Below are positions 8,002-14,284 of a stretch of DNA of 17,087 nt, one piece after another. The translations under genes were made by a program, and so were the position numbers. Within the stretch, counting starts at the first letter, position 1; each line of letters starts with the position of its first letter. The stretch is from Candidatus Nanohaloarchaea archaeon (GTDB lineage: Archaea; Nanohalarchaeota; Nanosalinia; Nanosalinales; Nanosalinaceae): NCBI GenBank assembly GCA_041639695.1, contig JBEQBQ010000020.1:1-17087 (forward strand), in the 5' to 3' direction. Below the pieces are notes generated by a model, which worked only from the letters and a program-made list of their open reading frames with translations, was not told the DNA's origin and searched no databases.

Positions 8002-9197
8002 TGCTGCTTGACTTCCTGAAACTGGCTTACAGGAACATCAGGCACAGGAAGAAGAGATCCTGGCTTACGATAATAGGCACACTTATCGGTATAATGGCTG
8101 TAGTATCACTGGTTTCAATTGGTCAAGGTCTTCAGACATCTATAGAAAGTGAGTTCAGGGAAATAGGAGCTGACAAAGTGTATGTTTCGCCGGGAGGTGG
8201 CAGCACCGCAGAAAGGTTTTCCGGCACGGCTGCTAAACTTGGAGAAGACGACCTGGAAGCAATAAGAAGAACGAGAGGTGTTAAGACAGTTGATGGAAGG
8301 GTTTCAGGTTCTTTACTTGTTGGGATCGATGATGAAAACTTTTTCAGGCAGATCTACGGAGTCAAGCCAGATTCCGATCTTATGAAGCAGACACTTGATA
8401 TTCAGATCGATGAAGGAAGGTATCTAAGACCTACCGACAGCTCAGGTGTGGTTGTAGGCCAGAGTATTGCTGAAGATGAGGGTTTGGAGCCAAGATCACG
8501 GCTGGATATAGATGGAAAGGATTACAGGGTTGTTGGGGTAAGTGAAGCATCCAGTAACAGAAATGTCGACTCAGGTATAGTGATGGCTATCGAAGAAGCA
8601 AGAGAGCTTCTCAACAAACCTGAAGCTTTTGATTCGATAAACGTTAAAGTTCTCGAGGGTTACGAACCGTCCGAAGTCGAAAAGAATGTAGGGAAAAATC
8701 TGAGAGACGAGAGAAACGTTGAGAAAGGAGAGGAAGACTTCACCACAAATACCGCTGAAGACCTAATAAGATCGCTTAACAACCAGCTGAGTATCGTAAG
8801 AGGTGTTTTATTGGGTATAGGTTCTATCTCTCTCCTGGTTGGTGCGGTGGGAATTATGAACACTATGTATACTTCGGTGGCGGAAAGAACCCGTGAAATA
8901 GGGGTTATGAAAGCTGTCGGAGCCACGAACCGCCAAATACTTACTTTGTTCCTTATAGAATCTGGCGCCATCGGTTTAGTTGGCGGGGCTATGGGAGCTA
9001 CGGTCGGAATAGGTCTGAGCTGGGCCGCAACATCCTTAATCACATCACAGCTCGGTATAGCGATAAGTCCATATATCGGGGTTGACCTGATACTTGGATC
9101 CCTGATCTTCTCCTTCATAGTTGGAATGGTTTCCGGTGTCTTACCGGCTAGAAAAGCCTCGAAGCTTGAACCTGCGGAGGCGATACGCTACGGATGA
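8001..9197 (+). CDS. ABC transporter permease, MacB/FtsX/LolE-like (1)
   Basis: RSWLTIIGTLIGI TM1, large extracellular domain, GIMNTMYTSVAERTREIGVMKAVGA, PARKASKLEPAEAIR. TAATG coupling with the upstream gene. Confidence 0.94.
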   Translation: MLLDFLKLAYRNIRHRKKRSWLTIIGTLIGIMAVVSLVSIGQGLQTSIESEFREIGADKVYVSPGGGSTAERFSGTAAKLGEDDLEAIRRTRGVKTVDGRVSGSLLVGIDDENFFRQIYGVKPDSDLMKQTLDIQIDEGRYLRPTDSSGVVVGQSIAEDEGLEPRSRLDIDGKDYRVVGVSEASSNRNVDSGIVMAIEEARELLNKPEAFDSINVKVLEGYEPSEVEKNVGKNLRDERNVEKGEEDFTTNTAEDLIRSLNNQLSIVRGVLLGIGSISLLVGAVGIMNTMYTSVAERTREIGVMKAVGATNRQILTLFLIESGAIGLVGGAMGATVGIGLSWAATSLITSQLGIAISPYIGVDLILGSLIFSFIVGMVSGVLPARKASKLEPAEAIRYG

Positions 9198-10402
9198 TAA
9201 AAGACTTCTTCACTTTAGCGGTCAGAAACCTGCTTCACAGAAAGAGAAGATCATGGCTAACCGTGATAGGTGTGTTCATCGGTATCGCCGCCGTTGTTTC
9301 ACTGGTTTCTCTCGGACAGGGTTTGGAGGACTCTGTAGAGAAAGAGTTTGAATCAATAGGAAGCAACAAGCTCTTCATTAATCCTGGAGGCGACCAGACA
9401 CAGGGAAACGCCGCGTCCGGATCAACTTTGACGGAAGAGGATCTTCAGGCTATTAGAAACGTGAAGTCGGTCGATGAGGCAGGAGGCGCACTGTTTAAAA
9501 CAGCGCAGATCAGTTACAACGACAACAAAGAGTTTGTAGTGGTTTTAGGTATCCCTATGGGTGAGGCCAAACAGATCGTTGAGACGAGCTGGGCCATGGA
9601 GGTAGGTGAGGGACGAGAACTAAGACCTACCGATACATCAAGTATAGTAATCGGCAGCGCGATATCCGACAAATTTAATTCGGATATAGGTATAAGATCT
9701 CAGTTAGAGGTCAGGAACGATACTTACAGGGTTGCAGGAATTTTGAAGCCGACAGGAGATCCTTCGATCGATGGGGCGGTTCAGCTACCTATAGAAAACG
9801 CTAGAGAGCTTCTAGGAGCTGAAGACGATACTTACGACTGGATATTCGCCAGAATACAGGACGGTTTTGAAGCAGAAAGCGCGAAAGAAGAGGTTGAAGA
9901 AGCCTTAAGACAGAGAAGAAATGTTGAGGAGGGCAACGAACGCTTTACGGTTTCAACACAGGAAGACCTGATCTCATCATTCACAAGCATACTCAACGTC
10001 GTAAGAGGCGTGGTAATCGGTATAGCATCAATATCTCTTTTGGTTGGCGCGGTCGGTATCATGAACACTATGTACACGGCGGTAACTCAGCGAACCAGGG
10101 AGATCGGGGTAATGAAGGCGATAGGTGCGACAAACAGGCAGGTAATGCTTCTCTTCATTCTAGAATCCGGCATGCTGGGCTTAATCGGAGGAGGTCTTGG
10201 AGTGTTTGTAGGAGTTTCACTCTCATCCCTCGCGTCTTGGGGGGCCACCCAAGCAGTAAATATACCGATAAATCCTTACCTAGGGCCTGAACTGTTGATA
10301 GGTTCCCTGCTGTTCTCCTTTGTGGTTGGAACGCTTTCCGGTGTTTTCCCTGCAAGAAGGGCTGCAAAACTTGAGCCTGCCGAAGCATTAAGATACGAAT
10401 AA
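9194..10402 (+). CDS. ABC transporter permease, MacB/FtsX/LolE-like (2)
   Basis: Paralogue of the preceding gene with the same motifs (GIMNTMYTAVTQRTREIGVMKAIGA, PARRAAKLEPAEALRYE). ATGA overlap. Confidence 0.94.
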   Translation: MIKDFFTLAVRNLLHRKRRSWLTVIGVFIGIAAVVSLVSLGQGLEDSVEKEFESIGSNKLFINPGGDQTQGNAASGSTLTEEDLQAIRNVKSVDEAGGALFKTAQISYNDNKEFVVVLGIPMGEAKQIVETSWAMEVGEGRELRPTDTSSIVIGSAISDKFNSDIGIRSQLEVRNDTYRVAGILKPTGDPSIDGAVQLPIENARELLGAEDDTYDWIFARIQDGFEAESAKEEVEEALRQRRNVEEGNERFTVSTQEDLISSFTSILNVVRGVVIGIASISLLVGAVGIMNTMYTAVTQRTREIGVMKAIGATNRQVMLLFILESGMLGLIGGGLGVFVGVSLSSLASWGATQAVNIPINPYLGPELLIGSLLFSFVVGTLSGVFPARRAAKLEPAEALRYE

Positions 10403-10403
10403 A

Positions 10404-11102
10404 TCAGAGTTCGATGTCGTAGAACTCTTCCATTCCTCTGGCGACCTCTTCAACTTCCTGATCGGTAGTACCATCCACCATTTTTAGATCTCTGAAGAAG
10501 TTTATAGCGTATCTTGTCTCGTGCTGCTCCACATCCTCGCTGAAGGAGTTCTCAAAAGCCAAGTTGGCAGCCATCACAGCTTCGTTACCCTCAAGGTTCG
10601 GACTGCTGAGCACTCCGATTATCGTAGGTCCATAGCTCTCGATCAGATCCGGATTTCTGACGTGTCTGAGCGCGAACAGGGTATCCTCTGTATCTACGGT
10701 TTTATCGACGTGTTCTGCCAGACGGTAGGCTTTAAGCGAGTGATCATACTTCGCGATATCCCTTATAGAGGTTTCATTCACCTCTATGTATCCTTTCCTG
10801 TTGGTGTCAATTATTTCTTGGTCGTCAAGTACAGAGATAAACTGGTCTAGTCTTCCTGACTCGAAGTTACGCCAGTCCGACACGTCCGAAAGCAGTGTAC
10901 GTCTCTTAACCTTTTCCGGATGATCTTCCGCATGAACAATATCTATCAGCTCCTCTATAACATACGGGCCTGATTCATACGCAAACTCCCAGGCCTCCTC
11001 GTTCAGATCGTTCTTTAAGAATCGGTAATCGTCCACGTTTTGTACGAAATCTATAGTTTTGTAATCGGTGATGTCCTCAAACAACCTGTCTGATCGGCTC
11101 AT
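10404..11102 (-). CDS. Hypothetical protein, possibly winged-helix-like
   Basis: 232-aa acidic ORF with TTTAA about 27 nt upstream. The segment LDQFISVLDDQEIIDTNRKGYIEV resembles a recognition helix plus wing (weak). Confidence 0.7.
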   Translation of the reverse strand: MSRSDRLFEDITDYKTIDFVQNVDDYRFLKNDLNEEAWEFAYESGPYVIEELIDIVHAEDHPEKVKRRTLLSDVSDWRNFESGRLDQFISVLDDQEIIDTNRKGYIEVNETSIRDIAKYDHSLKAYRLAEHVDKTVDTEDTLFALRHVRNPDLIESYGPTIIGVLSSPNLEGNEAVMAANLAFENSFSEDVEQHETRYAINFFRDLKMVDGTTDQEVEEVARGMEEFYDIEL

Positions 11103-11140
11103 CCAACTAGAACTATGGCGGTGAAATGTTAAATTAGTTA

Positions 11141-11165
11141 GAAAAAAGAGGGAAAAGAAGAGAGG
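11141..11165 (-). terminator. Putative oligo-T terminator of S-layer gene 1
   Basis: Minus strand CCTCTCTTCTTTTCCCTCTTTTTTC immediately after the stop at 11166. Confidence 0.6.
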
Positions 11166-13700
11166 TTACTGGGTCTCGACCTCGGTGCTTATAAGGATCG
11201 ATCTGTTTTCAAGCCTTTCCGAGTTCTCCTGGTAGTTGGACAAATAGTCGGCTGCAGCCTCTGTCTCATCTGCAGTGGTGCCTGCAACGATCAAAGTATC
11301 TCCGTTGAAAGCTTCCGTGGACTGAAGAAGCCAGGAACCTTCTTCGTACTGGTCAGCTGTAGGCGTAACGCCCTGTGAAGCTAGCTCCTGGGTCAGAGAG
11401 TTGACGGCAGGACCTCCCACAAGGATTACATTCTGGTCCTGTCTAAGCTCCGAAACCTCGGGGTTTGAAGCGTTGTAGACTATATTCGGCATCTCCTGAC
11501 CGGTCTGCTCCATATCTGTCTGCTCAGTGCTCGTCTGGTTCATGGAATTGCTGAAACCGATTAATGCGTAGGACTGTGACTCAGGTATCGAAAGCGTGAA
11601 GCCTCCATCATCAGGGTCGTGAGTCGAGTAAGCACCGAACCTGTCGTAACCAACGGTTACGTCTTCCTCGGTCTCTGCTGTACGCCGGAAACCGGTGTAG
11701 TTAGGTTGATCGACTATTACATCCTCATCGTCGACCTCGGTCCTCGCTACATAGGCCTCCTGCTGGTCATCGCCGTTAGAAGGCTCTATTATCAGGATCG
11801 AAGGATCATCGATAATGTTGTCGGTGTAAGCACCGGCCATCACCTCTCCGTTCTGGGTTCTGAAACCATACTCCTGTCCGCCTTCAACCGTGGCAATCAC
11901 TGTACCGTTCTCGGTTCTTGTCTCGACACCTGAAGAGCTGGAAACCGCTTCGACCGTGCCGTTGGAAGAACTGATGGTTACTGTCGGTTCTCCGGAGGAT
12001 GCGGGAAGACGGAAGGTTCTCTCGCCCTCGAAGTCAAGCATCGCATCATCGATTATCGAAACTGCGGAACCGTCACCTGTTTCGAGCGCGGGAAATAGAG
12101 GCGTGGAATCGGGATCCCATACCGCGCTCACCTCCTCTTCCGGAGTAACGTAGAAAGTGAAGCTCCTGCCATCAATAACCTTCTCCGCTTTGTAGATGCC
12201 GTCCGAGGGCTGAAGTTCTACACTGGCAGAACTTTCGGATAGCTCATCCTCAAGCTGAAGCGTGGCTTCTCCTTCGGAAAGGTCTGAGTCGGCATCAACT
12301 GACTCGATTCTCCACAGCCGGGAGAAACCTGCTGCATCCGTAGGAAGGTAGTCGTCCTCGGTCAGGGACTGGTTCTGGTATGTTCCGAATGTATCGCCGT
12401 CATCATTACCAAAAACGGTGGAGTTGTTGGCTAGGGTGGAGAAACCTACGTTGGCCTCGCCTTCGGAAGTGGTGAAGGATACCTCTGCGGTTTCACCCGG
12501 GTTTATCTCCACGCTGCTTCCCTCTTCGCTGGAGAAACCTTCGAAGCTGAACGAGGGACTGAAAAGGTTCGAGGAATACGAACTTCCTTCTCTAACGTAA
12601 GTCCGGTCCTCGTCGTTCGCACCTATGAAGAAGCTGAGGGATTGAAGGCTGCTGAAGTTTCCAGCGGCTTCGTAACCGATACCGGATATTTCTTCATCTC
12701 CGGAGCTTATGCTTCCGCCGCTCAAGGTTAATTCGGTTGATCCTGCGGAGAAACGTACTATGCCGTTGCTTCCCTCTAAATCGATCAGTTCCTGGACCCT
12801 CATCGATGCATCGTTCAGGCTGAAGCTTTCACCTTCCTCAAACTGTCGTAGTTCGCCATTAATTCTTGCTGCGACCTGTCCATCGTTAACGCTTACAACA
12901 GAAACAGTATGGTCAGATCCATCGATCGTAACGGTTCTTGACTGGTTTGTTCTCAGTTCTAGATCTCTTTGACCTGTCAACAAGACAAGTTCGTCCTGTG
13001 TAGTTTCTTCGGAGACCGTGAATGTTCTGCCGAAGAGACTTAGTTCCTGACCTGCTGCATCATCGGACGTAAGGTCTGCCGGGCTGTCCATGTTCGCCTC
13101 TAATTCGTAAAGGTGTTCGTCCTGACTGGGAACAGGGTTTTCTATGTAGAGGAAAGGCTCTGCATCGTCGTTAGGCCGTCCGAAAGTAACGTTCTGGTTT
13201 CCCACTCTGAGGAACTGTTCTATCTCGGTGTCCTCTTCCCCGGCATCAAAAGTGGTTGTGCTAAGTGAGTCAAGATCCTCCTCGGTCAGAATGTTTCTCG
13301 ATGAGTCTATAGTTGATCCTAGGTAAAGCCGCTCGTTCTCCGTAGTTAAGGGAACTTCTATGCTTGTTTGACTTGTTTCCTCGGTTGTGTTATCGTTTTC
13401 TGTTTCCGGTGTTTGATCGGTCTGGGAGTAAAGTGTTTCAGCAAGGTTCCTCGCGGAGTTAACATCGGTTTCCGAGGCAGATTCGCCGAAGACCACGATC
13501 GAGTTGACTTCGTTGTCCGTTACGTAGGGTTCAGGGAATTCGCCTAAACTTGTAGTTGTGTTGTTTTCGCTGTCCTGAGTGTTTTGAGTTGTGTTGTTTG
13601 TCTGTGCTGTTGCGCCTGCGACCAGTAGTGAGGCGGCAGCGACCGTTCCTGCGCCGTAGAGGGCTTTGGAAATGTTTTTCTTCGTTATGTTTAGCTTCAT
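11166..13700 (-). CDS. S-layer protein paralogue 1 (Methanococcales/Thermococcales-like N- and C-terminal domains)
   Basis: Signal peptide ending ATA-Q, N-terminal IVVFGESASETDVNSARNLA and C-terminal NVILVGGPAVNSLT...LIVAG...TEAAA motifs. Acidic, Ser/Thr-rich, many N-x-S/T sequons, AGGAGG SD upstream. Confidence 0.85.
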   Translation of the reverse strand: MKLNITKKNISKALYGAGTVAAASLLVAGATAQTNNTTQNTQDSENNTTTSLGEFPEPYVTDNEVNSIVVFGESASETDVNSARNLAETLYSQTDQTPETENDNTTEETSQTSIEVPLTTENERLYLGSTIDSSRNILTEEDLDSLSTTTFDAGEEDTEIEQFLRVGNQNVTFGRPNDDAEPFLYIENPVPSQDEHLYELEANMDSPADLTSDDAAGQELSLFGRTFTVSEETTQDELVLLTGQRDLELRTNQSRTVTIDGSDHTVSVVSVNDGQVAARINGELRQFEEGESFSLNDASMRVQELIDLEGSNGIVRFSAGSTELTLSGGSISSGDEEISGIGYEAAGNFSSLQSLSFFIGANDEDRTYVREGSSYSSNLFSPSFSFEGFSSEEGSSVEINPGETAEVSFTTSEGEANVGFSTLANNSTVFGNDDGDTFGTYQNQSLTEDDYLPTDAAGFSRLWRIESVDADSDLSEGEATLQLEDELSESSASVELQPSDGIYKAEKVIDGRSFTFYVTPEEEVSAVWDPDSTPLFPALETGDGSAVSIIDDAMLDFEGERTFRLPASSGEPTVTISSSNGTVEAVSSSSGVETRTENGTVIATVEGGQEYGFRTQNGEVMAGAYTDNIIDDPSILIIEPSNGDDQQEAYVARTEVDDEDVIVDQPNYTGFRRTAETEEDVTVGYDRFGAYSTHDPDDGGFTLSIPESQSYALIGFSNSMNQTSTEQTDMEQTGQEMPNIVYNASNPEVSELRQDQNVILVGGPAVNSLTQELASQGVTPTADQYEEGSWLLQSTEAFNGDTLIVAGTTADETEAAADYLSNYQENSERLENRSILISTEVETQ

Positions 13701-13760
13701 GTTTTCATTCCTCCTGTCAAAGACAGGTGTTCTCTAGAAAGTAAACGATTATTATACGCT
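13701..13760 (-). promoter_or_regulatory. 5' leader and promoter of S-layer gene 1
   Basis: Minus strand: TATAATAA (about 13749-13756) ... CCTGTC-TTT-GACAGG hairpin (13713-13727) overlapping the AGGAGG SD, then AATGAAAAC-ATG. Confidence 0.55.
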
Positions 13761-13810
13761 CTAGGAACGGTTAAAACAGGAATTAAGGTTGTAGAGGTTT
13801 CTTTTCACAG

Positions 13811-13831
13811 GAGTAAATGTCCTGTTTACTC
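13811..13831. repeat. Inverted repeat GAGTAAA-N7-TTTACTC
   Basis: Perfect 7-bp arms at 13811-13817 and 13825-13831, just downstream of the DUF433-like stop and upstream of the S-layer 1 promoter. Confidence 0.6.
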
Positions 13832-13836
13832 TTGGT

Positions 13837-14012
13837 CTATTTCCGGTATCTTAGGGCTTCCTCGGCTTGAAACGTGGAGATTCTAAGCTCTGAAGAAATA
13901 GTTTCGATACTCCGATCTAAACTGTAGAATCTGGTGCAGACATCATCTACTGCAACTCGGGTTTTCCCTATAACAGGTTTGCCTGACCGGATTTCAGGAT
14001 TTTGAGTATCAT
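13837..14012 (-). pseudogene. DUF433-family antitoxin-like gene with a 1-nt frameshift after codon 2
   Basis: Not in the ORF track. The frame ending at TAG 13837-13839 reads TQNPEIRSGKPVIGKTRVAVDDVCTRFYSLDRSIETISSELRISTFQAEEALRYRK, matching the DUF433 pattern P.I..GKP.I..TR..V...AL.Y. The only nearby ATG (14012) is out of frame; ATG-to-stop length is 176 nt, one short of 59 codons. Confidence 0.75.
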
Positions 14013-14051
14013 GGTTATGTAAAGATAAACCTAAACTAGCTCTCTAGGTTT

Positions 14052-14189
14052 TTAGCGCCTCAACGTCTTTACTTCCTCAACAGAGTCAACATCTAGATCG
14101 GAGAACTTGGCAGATAGAACTTCGCCCAGTTTTCTTTCACTTTCCTCATTTCCTGCAAGGCTGGCGACATCCCGAGCATATAGTCCCAT
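14052..14189 (-). CDS. Small 45-aa protein, possible VapB-like antitoxin
   Basis: Not in the ORF track. MGLYARDVASLAGNEESERKLGEVLSAKFSDLDVDSVEEVKTLRR; GGTG 6 nt upstream of the ATG. The C-terminal DSVEEVKTLRR resembles tails of archaeal VapB-type antitoxins. Confidence 0.5.
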   Translation of the reverse strand: MGLYARDVASLAGNEESERKLGEVLSAKFSDLDVDSVEEVKTLRR

Positions 14190-14247
14190 ATTTACACCAA
14201 TTTTTTGGAAAAAATAATAGATTTTGGGTTGTGAAGTAGTCGGTCTT

Positions 14248-14280
14248 TCAGAAGAAAAAAGAAATGGTTAAGAAGAAGTC
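14248..14280 (-). terminator. Putative oligo-T terminator of S-layer gene 2
   Basis: Minus strand CTTCTTCTTAACCATTTCTTTTTTCTTC just after the stop at 14285. Confidence 0.55.
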
Positions 14281-14284
14281 TCGG

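Noticed and set aside
6137-10388. Minus-strand and alternate-frame ORFs within the ABC operon (e.g. 7023-7427, 8660-9118, 9121-9351)
   Set aside because: Fully nested in well-supported genes, with no recognisable motifs and atypical composition.
13701-14284. Spacer between the S-layer genes as a tRNA, ncRNA, IS element or invertible switch
   Set aside because: No cloverleaf, terminal inverted repeats or recombinase seen. Most of it is explained by two small reading frames, a terminator and a promoter.
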